A stretch of 64,000 nucleotides of DNA, taken from the NCBI GenBank assembly GCA_038203615.1, contig JBBRDU010000001.1, positions 14,708-78,707 on the forward strand. Direction: 5' to 3'. The DNA is from Chthoniobacterales bacterium. GTDB lineage: Bacteria > Verrucomicrobiota > Verrucomicrobiia > Chthoniobacterales > UBA10450. The notes beneath the pieces are model-generated. The model made no database searches. It was not told the origin of the DNA and worked only from the letters and a program-made list of their open reading frames with translations. The translations under genes were made by a program, and so were the position numbers. Shown here piece after piece: positions 18,930 to 28,128 of this stretch. Position 1 is the stretch's first letter. Each line of letters starts with the position of its first letter.

Positions 18930-19017
18930 GCGAAACCTCGCTTGTCAGAGCGGGTTGCATGGTCGATATCGCTTTCCACATTCGGTCCTTATGAAACTTT
19001 TTCGCATCCTCCTCCTG
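18930..19017 (+). repeat. 88-bp direct repeat, downstream copy
   Basis: 84/88 identical to 17676-17763. It supplies the ATG (18991) and codons 1-9 of the lysozyme gene. Confidence 0.9.
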
Positions 19018-19779
19018 ATGATAGCACTGCCGCTCTGTGCTTCCGCCGGCAACTGTGTCGTCAACTTGTCGCATTACGATCTGATGCATCCGAATTTCGG
19101 CATGATGAAGAGCCAGGGCATCGTTGGAGTGATCCACGAAGCAACGTATCCGCGGTTCGATCGCGACGCGCTTTACGGTATTCGTCAACAGGCGGCCACG
19201 CGCGCCGGTTTACTCTGGGGCGCGTATCACTTTGCCGATGCCACGGATCCCGTGCGCCAGGCCGATCATTTTCTCCGGGTGGTTTCGTCCTCCTGGTCCG
19301 GCTCCAACGTCGACCCGCGGCCGACCGGTGTTTTGCTCGTGCTCGATTTCGAAAAAAATGGCCACTACCCGGGAGGCACGATGCGCCCGGACCAGGCGGT
19401 CGCTTTTGTGGAACGCATCAAGGAGCGAACCGGACTGTATCCCGGAGTTTATGGGAGCGAGAACCGGCTGCGCGCCGTTTTGCACGCCTCGAATGTGAGC
19501 GCGGCGCAGCGCCGCGTGCTGGGCAACTGCTGGCTTTGGGTGGCGAACTATCACTGGGAGCCGCGCGGAATTGATCCGTGGAGTTCCTGGCGGATGTGGC
19601 AGTACACGGGCGACGGGAAGTGCGATCTGCGTCCGCGCTCCGCTTATCCGAAGAGCATCGCCAACATCGCGAGAGCGGAGCGCAATATCTTCCGCGGCAG
19701 CGACGCCGCAGCCATCGCTTTCTGGCAGGAACACGCCTGGCAGCCCGGCGGAACGGAAAGCACCGGGAGGAAACCGTAG
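18991..19779 (+). CDS. GH25 muramidase (lysozyme), secreted
   Basis: Signal peptide MKLFRILLLMIALPLCASA, then GH25-like blocks (..GVIHEATY..WGAYHF..LVLDFE..WLWVANY..WRMWQYTGDG). The track ORF starts at TTG 18955. Confidence 0.8.
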   Translation: MKLFRILLLMIALPLCASAGNCVVNLSHYDLMHPNFGMMKSQGIVGVIHEATYPRFDRDALYGIRQQAATRAGLLWGAYHFADATDPVRQADHFLRVVSSSWSGSNVDPRPTGVLLVLDFEKNGHYPGGTMRPDQAVAFVERIKERTGLYPGVYGSENRLRAVLHASNVSAAQRRVLGNCWLWVANYHWEPRGIDPWSSWRMWQYTGDGKCDLRPRSAYPKSIANIARAERNIFRGSDAAAIAFWQEHAWQPGGTESTGRKP

Positions 19780-19814
19780 GGCCGCGGCGACCAGCTGAAA
19801 ATTTAAGACAATGA

Positions 19815-19841
19815 GTCGGCTCGACAGAGTCTCGCCCCACC
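19815..19841 (-). repeat. 30-nt interspersed repeat, copy 2 (reverse orientation)
   Basis: GTCGGCTCGACAGAGTCTCGCCCCACC is the reverse complement of GGTGGGGCGAGACTCTGTCGAGCCGAC. It lies in the convergent gap between the lysozyme gene and the 879-aa gene. Confidence 0.85.
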
Positions 19842-19859
19842 GACGCAGACCATCTGTAT

Positions 19860-22499
19860 TTATTCGCTCGTTACCCGGACTCTCAAGAAAATCGGGGTAA
19901 TGGCGCCGTTGCCGCTCAACGGGGTGAGGCCGCGATAAACGACTTCCTCCATATTCGGCGCGACATCGGGCGTCGCCAAAATCTGCTCCACATTGTTCGT
20001 CCAACTCACCAGGTCGCTGGAAATCTCCACTGCGTAAATGAGGTTCAGCGCATCGGTGCGACGATCGAACGCAATGGTCGGATAGGCTTTCACTGTATTT
20101 CCGTCCGCCGGATCGGGGAAATTCATCTGACTGATCGTGGGAAGAATTTCGAGATTCGCATGGAGAGGATCACCATTGAAAGCGAACTCGAGGAGATTGG
20201 AAATGCCGTCGCTGTCCAGGTCGAGGAGGGGCGCGGCCGACGCTCCGTGGAAGGTCGGGAATTGGGTAGCCCAAGTGGTGTTGTAAGGCGTGTCGTCATG
20301 GATCGTGATCGTGGCCGCGTTGGGCGTCCCGACAAAATATCCCGTGCCTGTCTGGAGCGTGACGGCGGCCGTTTCATTAAATTCCGTGGGGTCGTTATCC
20401 GTCAGAGGAGTAAAGGTCAACGTGGTGCTGGTCGCACCCGCTGGAATCGTTACGACGGTGGCACCTGAGTTGCCGCTCAAGGAATAATCGGCCCCGGACG
20501 TTCCCGGAGGAGTGGCCGTGCCACTCAGTTGAAAGGAAACGGGAAGCCCGCCTGCGGGGGCCGCCAGCGACGAGCTCACCGTGACCGTGGCCGGTTGCGT
20601 ACCTTTTTCATAAGCGTTGGCCACATTGTCGACCACGCTCACCGTGGGAGTGAGTATGGCGCTCAAGACCAGGTCATCGATGCGGTTGTTAGGGGACGAA
20701 CCGCTCGAGCCGCTCAGGGTGTAGCGCAGGCGCACCGTAGAGGCGTTATCGAGTGCGCTTTGTCCCGAGAAATCGACCGTCTTGGTGCTGAAGGTTGTGA
20801 CTGTGGTGGCCGTGTTCACTCCGGCCAGCGTGGTAAAGGGACCACCGTTTGCGCTCCACGACCAAAGCCCGCTCGTATATCCGGTGCTCGTCCCGCGCGT
20901 GGCAAAGGATATGTTGAGCCCGCGGTGGCCGGCCATGGAGAAATCGACTTCGATGTAGGTCCCGTTTCCCGCCGTGCCGACCAGGGCCAGGGCCTCGTCG
21001 CCGGTTACACCGCTCGCGCCGCCGAAATTCGTGAACGTCCCTCCCCAGCCAGTGAGGTTGATCGAGCCGTTCCCCGATGAGGCGGCGATCGGGTTCGAAT
21101 AAGGCGTCGTGTTAAAATTCCACGAGGCGATCGTGACGGGAGTGCCACCGGTGCCCGGAGCGGTCAGAACGAGATTCAGTTGAATGGTTCCCGAAGCGCC
21201 GCTCGTCCCATCCACCGCGATGCGATAAACCACCCCGGCTGTGACTGCGAACGTGACACGGCTGGTCAGATTCGGGCCACTGTTATTGTCGCCCGCGATC
21301 GTCGTCAGCGCGTTGACCGCGCTGCCGGTGTAAACACCGAGAAGCGTGTCGAAACTGCTGCCATTCGTGTCGATCACGACATTGCCGGAGGAAGGCGCAG
21401 TCCAGTTCCACCAGACGGACTTGCCGCCCGCATCTCCGCCGTGATTCGGTTCGCCGGCTTCTTTAGTGGCGTTCACATTGGTCCCGGAGGCGGAGATGGA
21501 TGATCCGGTCAGAGTGGCGGCGGCGGCCAGGTTGTCGTTGGCGGGCGGCGCATTGGTGAGGGCGGTGGCCAACCAGAGCGATGCATTGATGACGAGTTGG
21601 CCATCGTTCCCGCCGCCATCGTTCCAGCCATCAAAAAGCGTGTTGCCCGGGGCACCGGTACCGTCGTCGATGGGCGAACTATCGCCAGTGGCCACAAATT
21701 TGCCCGCTCCGAAGGTTCCGTAGGCGACCATCACGTTGCTGTTCGTATGCGAAGAACTGGTCCAGACCGCGGCGCTTACGCTCGAGTTTTTTGTCGGGTC
21801 AATCGTGATGGAAGCGCCATCCGAGTAAACGAACTTTGTAATGGTGCCGGCAGCGCCGTGGGTAATCGGATCGCTCGCCGTGCTGTCGGTCGTTTCCGTC
21901 GTGGGTGAAATTTTGTCGCTGTTGAAGATCAATCCGAAAGGCGCGGCCTGAACGCCGTTATTGGCAAAGAGATCGTTCCAGATCACGACCGAGTCTTTGC
22001 CGTCGCCATTCCGGTCGGAACCGGCGTGATCCGCCACGATGAATAAGCTCCCACCCGCGCGCACAAAATTCACGATCGCGGTTTTTTCCGCAGTGGTGAA
22101 CACCGTGTTCGGTTCATCGATCACCAGGACCTGGTAATGAGAGAGGTCCTGGGCGTTGGCCGTGTTGTAAGTAATGGCCGTTCCGGACGGAAGCGTCTCG
22201 ACGTGATGGCCCCGCTTCACGAGCGCGATCCCCCAGGAAGAAAGAGCGCCCGTCCAATAGGTTTCCGCAGTCGAGGCCGTCACGGTGGATTGATCCGGGG
22301 TCGGGAACCGTTGTGGACTTATGTCTTCGTCGATCACCCAATCGGCATTACCGGCCGTCTCGGCATGGGCGGCGTCAAACAGGAAGGACGCCGCCGGACT
22401 CCGGGCCGGAATCGTTAGACAAAAAATGGCCGCGCACTTCAGGAGGCTGAGGCGGAAGCCAAAGATGCGGGACGGGCGGGACCTGCAGAAAAAAGACAT
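19860..22499 (-). CDS. 879-aa secreted multidomain surface protein (Calx-beta-containing)
   Basis: N-terminal signal-like segment. A block NDNLAAAATLTG..TKEAGEPNHGGDAGGKSVWWNWTAP..FDTLLGVYTG is typical of PPC-like beta domains. A Calx-beta-like block follows (..GADYSL..TIPAGATSTTLTFTPLTDN..). There is a C-terminal LDLDSDGISNLLEFAF Ca-binding-type motif. Confidence 0.7.
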   Translation of the reverse strand: MSFFCRSRPSRIFGFRLSLLKCAAIFCLTIPARSPAASFLFDAAHAETAGNADWVIDEDISPQRFPTPDQSTVTASTAETYWTGALSSWGIALVKRGHHVETLPSGTAITYNTANAQDLSHYQVLVIDEPNTVFTTAEKTAIVNFVRAGGSLFIVADHAGSDRNGDGKDSVVIWNDLFANNGVQAAPFGLIFNSDKISPTTETTDSTASDPITHGAAGTITKFVYSDGASITIDPTKNSSVSAAVWTSSSHTNSNVMVAYGTFGAGKFVATGDSSPIDDGTGAPGNTLFDGWNDGGGNDGQLVINASLWLATALTNAPPANDNLAAAATLTGSSISASGTNVNATKEAGEPNHGGDAGGKSVWWNWTAPSSGNVVIDTNGSSFDTLLGVYTGSAVNALTTIAGDNNSGPNLTSRVTFAVTAGVVYRIAVDGTSGASGTIQLNLVLTAPGTGGTPVTIASWNFNTTPYSNPIAASSGNGSINLTGWGGTFTNFGGASGVTGDEALALVGTAGNGTYIEVDFSMAGHRGLNISFATRGTSTGYTSGLWSWSANGGPFTTLAGVNTATTVTTFSTKTVDFSGQSALDNASTVRLRYTLSGSSGSSPNNRIDDLVLSAILTPTVSVVDNVANAYEKGTQPATVTVSSSLAAPAGGLPVSFQLSGTATPPGTSGADYSLSGNSGATVVTIPAGATSTTLTFTPLTDNDPTEFNETAAVTLQTGTGYFVGTPNAATITIHDDTPYNTTWATQFPTFHGASAAPLLDLDSDGISNLLEFAFNGDPLHANLEILPTISQMNFPDPADGNTVKAYPTIAFDRRTDALNLIYAVEISSDLVSWTNNVEQILATPDVAPNMEEVVYRGLTPLSGNGAITPIFLRVRVTSE

Positions 22500-22631
22500 C
22501 GAACGCGGCGTGGGATAAAAATGGTCGGTCGGTGAAAGATACGAGCCGGCATCTTACCTTGTAACGACCATCGTGGCTATCGGGATAGGCGCCAGACATC
22601 GCCTCCCCATGGAGCCAGGCCCGGTTTTACG

Positions 22632-23765
22632 TCACCGGTCTTTCAACAGCTTTTCTTTGGGAGCTCCCTTCGCGATCCCGCGTTGTGTCGTCAAGTAAAC
22701 CGCAAAACTCCCGAGCCAGTGTCCGCCTTCGTAGTGCTTGCCCGTGACGGCTGCCAGTCCGGCGCGACGATGGGCCTCCGCCGCTGCCTGCAGGGCCGGG
22801 CGCCGCGGATCATCCGGGAGCAAAACCGACAAGATCCCTTCGAGCATCCAGGCGCGACTCAGGTTTAACCCATCGAGATGCGCTAGTTTCGGATCGCTCG
22901 GGTCGGGTGACACCACCACCGGCAGCCAATCGGCCCCGCTCGTCGTCGGCACCTGTGGCATAAAGCCGTGAAACCACTCGGCAAATTCTTTGGGCGGCAG
23001 AATGCGACGCATCACGTCGGCCTCGCCGAGACAGGGTGAAAGAAAATCTTCGCCGGAAGGTTCGTAGACCAGCGGGCAATTCTTGTCTGCCCGAAAAAAC
23101 TTCCGCGCTGAGTCGGTCAGGAGCTGGGCGAAGGCCTCGTGGCCGGTGGAGCGCGCGTAATCCAGCGACAAACCAAGCGCGAACGCGGTTTGATCATGCT
23201 CTCCGAACCGGACCGGATGCGAAAGTTTTGGGAGCCAGGTTTGGAGACGCTGCACGGCCGCCTCCTCCAAGGGCCGCAGGTTGGCCGCCATCTCCCTGGC
23301 CTGTGGATCATCCCACTCGCGCAGCTCGGCGCACAATTGCAGCAACCAGGCCAATCCGTAAGGACGCTCGAAGCTGGTCCGGCCTTCTCCTTGAAGATAC
23401 GCTGCTTCCTTCTTTAGATTGTCAGCGGTTAGGCTCTTTTTGAGAGCTTCACGAGCGGCCGTCGCGAACGGGGCATCGGGAAACGTGCGCACCAGCCTAA
23501 CGAGTAGCCAATGGCCATGCACGGACGAGTGCCAGTCATAGCAGCCGCAGAAGGCCGGAGTCAGCTGGTGCGGCGGCGCTACATCCGCAGCGCTGTTGAG
23601 CACGTGACTGATCTTGTTCGGATACTCCTTATGCACGCAGGCCAGGGCCAGCTGGGCAAACCGATCCGCTGCCTTCGCCTCAAACTTCGGCGCAGCCACC
23701 TCTCCCGCCGCGCCCGCGACGACTGCAGTCAGAGACAGCAACCCGAGAACGATCGCTCTCATCAT
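22632..23765 (-). CDS. DUF2891-family protein, secreted
   Basis: ..CVHKEYPNK..CYDWHSSVHGHW.. The start at 23765 (MMRAIVLGLLSLTAVVAGAAG) gives a signal peptide and leaves the 30-nt repeat intergenic. The track ORF extends to 23873. Confidence 0.75.
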   Translation of the reverse strand: MMRAIVLGLLSLTAVVAGAAGEVAAPKFEAKAADRFAQLALACVHKEYPNKISHVLNSAADVAPPHQLTPAFCGCYDWHSSVHGHWLLVRLVRTFPDAPFATAAREALKKSLTADNLKKEAAYLQGEGRTSFERPYGLAWLLQLCAELREWDDPQAREMAANLRPLEEAAVQRLQTWLPKLSHPVRFGEHDQTAFALGLSLDYARSTGHEAFAQLLTDSARKFFRADKNCPLVYEPSGEDFLSPCLGEADVMRRILPPKEFAEWFHGFMPQVPTTSGADWLPVVVSPDPSDPKLAHLDGLNLSRAWMLEGILSVLLPDDPRRPALQAAAEAHRRAGLAAVTGKHYEGGHWLGSFAVYLTTQRGIAKGAPKEKLLKDR

Positions 23766-23781
23766 GCCTGCCACTATCGCC

Positions 23782-23811
23782 GGTGGGGCGAGACTCTGTC
23801 GAGCCGACGAA
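23782..23811 (+). repeat. 30-nt interspersed repeat, copy 3
   Basis: GGTGGGGCGAGACTCTGTCGAGCCGACGAA. Confidence 0.85.
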
Positions 23812-23845
23812 TAACGCGCGAAACGTTCCCGCCCCGCGCGCCTCA

Positions 23846-24820
23846 TCACGCCACCGACTCGATCAATTCGCAAAACTTCTTCAGGTCCAAATTCCCGCCG
23901 GAAACCACGGCCACAATCGGGCCGTCGCCCGCTTTTCCGGTCAGGGCCGCCGCCAGGGAAAGAGCGCCCGCTCCTTCCGAAATGACGCGGACCTTGTCTG
24001 CCATCAGGCGCATCGCCCTTTTTGTTTCATCCAGGCTGACCACGATGCAACCGTCCACCACCGGCCTGATCCGCTCCCACATGCGCGGGAAAATGCTCTG
24101 GCCGCCGGCGCCGTCCACGAACGAAGGGATCCGATTCTCGAAGACTTGCGCCGATCCTTTCTCGAACGAGAGCGCGGCCGGAGCGGCTGTCTCCGGTTCT
24201 GCGCCCCAAACTTTAATCTCCGGTTTGAGCGCTTTGATGGCGCTGCCCACACCCACGATCAGTCCGCCGCCGCCAATGCCCGCGATCACGGCCGCCGTGT
24301 CGGGCGCGTCTTCCAAAATTTCGAGACCCATGGTGGCATGCCCGGCGATGAAATTGTGATCGTCAAAGGGATGCACAAACGTTCCCTCGACTCCGGGATA
24401 CGAACGTTCTTCCAAAGCATTCCAGGCGGCTTCGAACGGGACCGGCACGAGCCTTGCCCCCAGAGCCTGCATCCGCTCGATCTTGGCGGCCGGCGCCGTC
24501 TCGATCACCACGACCGTGCAGGGCACGCCCGCCTTTCTGGCTGCATAGGCCACGCCTTGCCCGGCGTTGCCCGCGCTGATCGTCCAGACACCGCGTTTTC
24601 TCTCCTCTTCCGATAACATCGCGACTGCATTGGCCGCTCCACGCAACTTGTAGGCGTTGATCGGTTGGAGGTTTTCCAACTTCAGCCGGATATCCGGATA
24701 TCCCGGTCCCAGTTCGAGCCGGACCAGGGGTGTCCGGATACTGGTGCCCGCGATCCGTTTCCGCGCTGCATGGATTTCGGCGAGCTCGATGGGACGGACA
24801 GGTTCAAGCGTCGTAGGCAT
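23846..24820 (-). CDS. PLP-dependent threonine/serine dehydratase family enzyme
   Basis: PLP-lysine context NLQPINAYKLRGA and a glycine loop GIGGGGLIVG. Confidence 0.85.
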   Translation of the reverse strand: MPTTLEPVRPIELAEIHAARKRIAGTSIRTPLVRLELGPGYPDIRLKLENLQPINAYKLRGAANAVAMLSEEERKRGVWTISAGNAGQGVAYAARKAGVPCTVVVIETAPAAKIERMQALGARLVPVPFEAAWNALEERSYPGVEGTFVHPFDDHNFIAGHATMGLEILEDAPDTAAVIAGIGGGGLIVGVGSAIKALKPEIKVWGAEPETAAPAALSFEKGSAQVFENRIPSFVDGAGGQSIFPRMWERIRPVVDGCIVVSLDETKRAMRLMADKVRVISEGAGALSLAAALTGKAGDGPIVAVVSGGNLDLKKFCELIESVA

Positions 24821-24996
24821 GCTTTCTTCTTTGTAAGCGGGATTAACCGAATTTCGACGATTGTTTTACAAATTCCTGCTGGGTTTGCGCGGGCTGACAT
24901 GGCCCCGGTGGTGCTCCCGTCTGGTATCATCGGCATGTTTGGTGCTCCCCCGAGGCACGGCCACCGCCCTATGGACTCTTCCTTAACCCTCACTCG

Positions 24997-26208
24997 ATGA
25001 AGCCCCTTGCGTCACCCCCTGAGGCTTTCGCGCCATCGCCAGGCGCGGCTATGAGCCCGCTGATGGGAGCGGTTCCGGGCGATCATCCCGCCGCCGCACC
25101 CCCGGACCGGAATCGTTTCCGGGAGAACCACCTTCTGATCGGTCTCAGCGACGACGTTTACACCCAGATTTTGGAGAACATTGAAATCCTCGAGTGCCGG
25201 CCGAACGAGGTCATTTTCGAAGAGAACGAGCCGGGCGATTCGTTATACCTGATCGCGCAGGGCTCCGTCAGGATCTCGAAGAAGGGCCGGGCCGGTCAAC
25301 AGGAGGCGCTCGCCTATTTGATGGCGGGCGATTTCTTCGGAGAAATGGCGCTGATCGACACGGGTCGGCGTTCCGCCCAGGCCGCTGCGGTCGATCACGC
25401 CGTGCTCGCACGGATTGATCGGCCAAGTTGGAATCTGCTGCTGCGCCTGGCTCCCCACGAGGTCTTGAGCAATTTCATGAAGTCCGTGACCGGACGGCTG
25501 CGCAGTAACAACCAGCGTTTCATTGAGGAAATGATGCGCAATGAGCGTCTCGCCCTCATCGGCACGACCATCAGCTCGATCGTGCACGACATGAACAATC
25601 CGATCGGATGCATCCTCGGAGCCTGCGAAATCATTCGCGGAACCAGCCAGGACGATCTGACCGGGAAGATGGCTACCCTTATCCGCGAGGCGGTCGAAAA
25701 GATGGATACGATGACGCGCGAGTTGATCGATTTTTCGCGGGGCCACACGCAGCTCAACCTGCAGCCCATCAGTCTGGTGGATTTCGTGCACAGTCTTGAG
25801 CCGGATTTCGCCAAGTGCCGAATCCGCGTGAATGTCCAAATGGAAATCCTTTACGACGGCAAAATTACGGTCGATAAACACCGTCTAGTGCGCGTTTTTG
25901 CCAACCTCATTCGAAACGGTCGGGAAGCGATGAAGAATGGCGAGGGCCATGTGCTCCATTTCAGCGCGAAGCGCGTCGAATCCTGCGTGCGCTTCGAAGT
26001 GGCCGATACCGGGCACGGAATTCCCGCTGAACTGTTGCCGCGAATCTTTGAACCCTTTGTCACGCACGGCAAAAACAACGGCACCGGGCTCGGTCTCGCC
26101 ATCAGCAAGGCCGTGGTCGAAGCGCATGGCGGATCGATCTCGGTCCAGAGTTCGGACAAGGGCACAGCGTTTCAGGTCGATTTACCATTGGGGGCGAACC
26201 CCGCTTAA
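24997..26208 (+). CDS. cyclic-nucleotide-binding domain sensor histidine kinase
   Basis: CNB domain (..GDSLYLIAQGSVRI..GDFFGEMALID..RRSAQA..). H-box SSIVHDMNNPI. HATPase N/G boxes (NLIRNGREAM, DTGHGIP, GTGLGLAISK). Confidence 0.85.
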   Translation: MKPLASPPEAFAPSPGAAMSPLMGAVPGDHPAAAPPDRNRFRENHLLIGLSDDVYTQILENIEILECRPNEVIFEENEPGDSLYLIAQGSVRISKKGRAGQQEALAYLMAGDFFGEMALIDTGRRSAQAAAVDHAVLARIDRPSWNLLLRLAPHEVLSNFMKSVTGRLRSNNQRFIEEMMRNERLALIGTTISSIVHDMNNPIGCILGACEIIRGTSQDDLTGKMATLIREAVEKMDTMTRELIDFSRGHTQLNLQPISLVDFVHSLEPDFAKCRIRVNVQMEILYDGKITVDKHRLVRVFANLIRNGREAMKNGEGHVLHFSAKRVESCVRFEVADTGHGIPAELLPRIFEPFVTHGKNNGTGLGLAISKAVVEAHGGSISVQSSDKGTAFQVDLPLGANPA

Positions 26209-26213
26209 TTAAA

Positions 26214-27155
26214 ATGGCTTCATCCGGTGCTCATCAGATGATGGTTCGCTTCCGCGGTGTGCGCGGCTCCACGCCGTCTCCCGGCCTAACGACCGCGCGC
26301 TATGGCGGCAATACTTCCTGCGTGGAAGTCCGCGCGGACGGGCAGATCCTGATTCTCGATGCCGGCTCCGGCATCCGCGCGCTCGGCGTCGACTTGATGA
26401 GTGAGTCCGGCTCCGCTCCGCTCGACGCCACCCTCCTGATTTCGCACACGCACTGGGATCACATCCAGGGACTGCCCTTTTTTGGACCGGCCTATGTGGC
26501 GTCCAATCGCATCCGCTTGATGGCCGCACCGGGCGCCGGGGCCAGGCTCACTCAGGCAATGTCCAACCAAATGAACCCAATCAATTTTCCGGTGGGTCTG
26601 GAGCAAATGCGCGGATTGGCCGCGGTGGAAGAGATCGCTTCCGGAAATACCAGGCTAGGAGCCTTCGACCTTCAGCTCTTTGCCTTGAATCATCCGGGCG
26701 AGTGCGCCGGTTTTCGCATCGAAGCCACTGGCGGATCGGTCGCTTACCTTCCCGATCATGAACCGTTTGCCAGCGTCACGCGGACCGGCCACGCCGCCAC
26801 TGCCCACGCCCGGACCGAAGCCCTGATCCAATTTGTGCGCGGAGTCGATTTGCTGATTCTCGATACGCAGTACACCGGGGCTGAGTACGCCAGCCGGTTA
26901 GGCTGGGGCCACGGCTGCTTGCCCGATAGCGTGGCGATCGCTCAAAAAGCGGGTGTCAAACAACTCTCCCTCTTCCATCACGATCCGGCCCACACGGATT
27001 TTGAAATCGATGCCATGGTGGAGACGGCCCGGGGCTTGGCCCGGGATTCATTCCTCGTTACGGCTGCTCAGGAAAATGAAATCTTGGTGCCCGGGGTCGA
27101 CGCGAGCGTGCGCTCGCAACGGCGGTCCATTTTCTCGGCTGCGGCTGCTTTGTAA
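26214..27155 (+). CDS. MBL-fold metallo-hydrolase
   Basis: FRGVRGSTPSPG..YGGNTSCVEV, HTHWDHIQG. It starts after a 5-nt gap from the kinase stop. Confidence 0.8.
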   Translation: MASSGAHQMMVRFRGVRGSTPSPGLTTARYGGNTSCVEVRADGQILILDAGSGIRALGVDLMSESGSAPLDATLLISHTHWDHIQGLPFFGPAYVASNRIRLMAAPGAGARLTQAMSNQMNPINFPVGLEQMRGLAAVEEIASGNTRLGAFDLQLFALNHPGECAGFRIEATGGSVAYLPDHEPFASVTRTGHAATAHARTEALIQFVRGVDLLILDTQYTGAEYASRLGWGHGCLPDSVAIAQKAGVKQLSLFHHDPAHTDFEIDAMVETARGLARDSFLVTAAQENEILVPGVDASVRSQRRSIFSAAAAL

Positions 27156-27194
27156 AGTAGGCCGCCAGCGCGGCGGACGGACGACTTTTCTTTC

Positions 27195-28061
27195 TTAGCG
27201 TCCGAAAAAGGCGTGCTCGCCCTCGAAGCCCTTTAGCGGGAATATCCCCACTGGTTGGCTATTCGTTTGCGGAGTTAGTTCCCGGTGGGCTGCTTTGCTC
27301 AGGAGATGGGAAAATCCTTGCGCCGCGGCCACTCGTTCCATGCGAAAGAGAAAATTAAGATCCTGGCCGAGCGCGCTCAGTTCGCCCACCGCCGCGGCCG
27401 CGCCAAAAACCGCCTTGCCGTAATGGAGCACCCATCGAAACGCCGGCTGCTGCCGGCTCTGCAGCGCTTGCAGGGAGTTCAGCGCCTCGTTCACGTTTTC
27501 GCGCCGGCAGAGTTGCGCGTTCCAGTAGGCGAGAAGCCCGTCTCCCAGAAACTTGCTGATGGTTCCGCCGTTGTTCTCAATGATCCATTGGCATTCGGCC
27601 AGCCACACGCCCACCATCCGGGCCAGCTCGGCGTCGGCTAGATTGCCTGTCAGCTTCACGAAATTTTCAATATCGAGCAGGAGAAACCAGCAAGTCAGCT
27701 CCGAGACATCGCGCACGGTCAGCTGCGCTTCGGTCATATACATCTGATCTTCGGTGTCGGTCGGCATCTCGAGGCGGAACACCAGACTTTGCTCGCCGAT
27801 CTGGATGACATCGCCGGGCTGCAGGGGGATCGGTTGAATCACGCGGCGGCCGTTCAGGTGAGTTCCGTTGCTGCTGCCCAGATCGACCAGCGAGAATTCC
27901 GAGCCGCCCTGAGCATGCACGAGGGCATGACGTCGCGACACTTTGGCGGAGCCAAACACCACGTTGTTGCTTTTGGCTCGGCCCAGCGAAAACGTCTTTC
28001 CGACCAAGGGAAATTGTTGGCTTCCGATGTCCAGCCAGGCGGCCAGGGCCGCATTATTCAT
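27195..28061 (-). CDS. FHA-domain protein fused to a class III adenylate/guanylate cyclase-like domain
   Basis: FHA: FSLGRAKSNNVVF..VSRRHALV..DLGSSNGTHLNG. Cyclase-like: LLLDIENFV, KFLGDGLLAYW, ..GQDLNFLFRME. The start MNNAALAAW at 28061 avoids overlap with the divergent kinase. Confidence 0.75.
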   Translation of the reverse strand: MNNAALAAWLDIGSQQFPLVGKTFSLGRAKSNNVVFGSAKVSRRHALVHAQGGSEFSLVDLGSSNGTHLNGRRVIQPIPLQPGDVIQIGEQSLVFRLEMPTDTEDQMYMTEAQLTVRDVSELTCWFLLLDIENFVKLTGNLADAELARMVGVWLAECQWIIENNGGTISKFLGDGLLAYWNAQLCRRENVNEALNSLQALQSRQQPAFRWVLHYGKAVFGAAAAVGELSALGQDLNFLFRMERVAAAQGFSHLLSKAAHRELTPQTNSQPVGIFPLKGFEGEHAFFGR

Positions 28062-28128
28062 GCGTTGGATTAAGCCGAATGCGTGCCAACGAGGCGCAGG
28101 GGCATGCACCGTGCTTTTCCGCAAGGGA

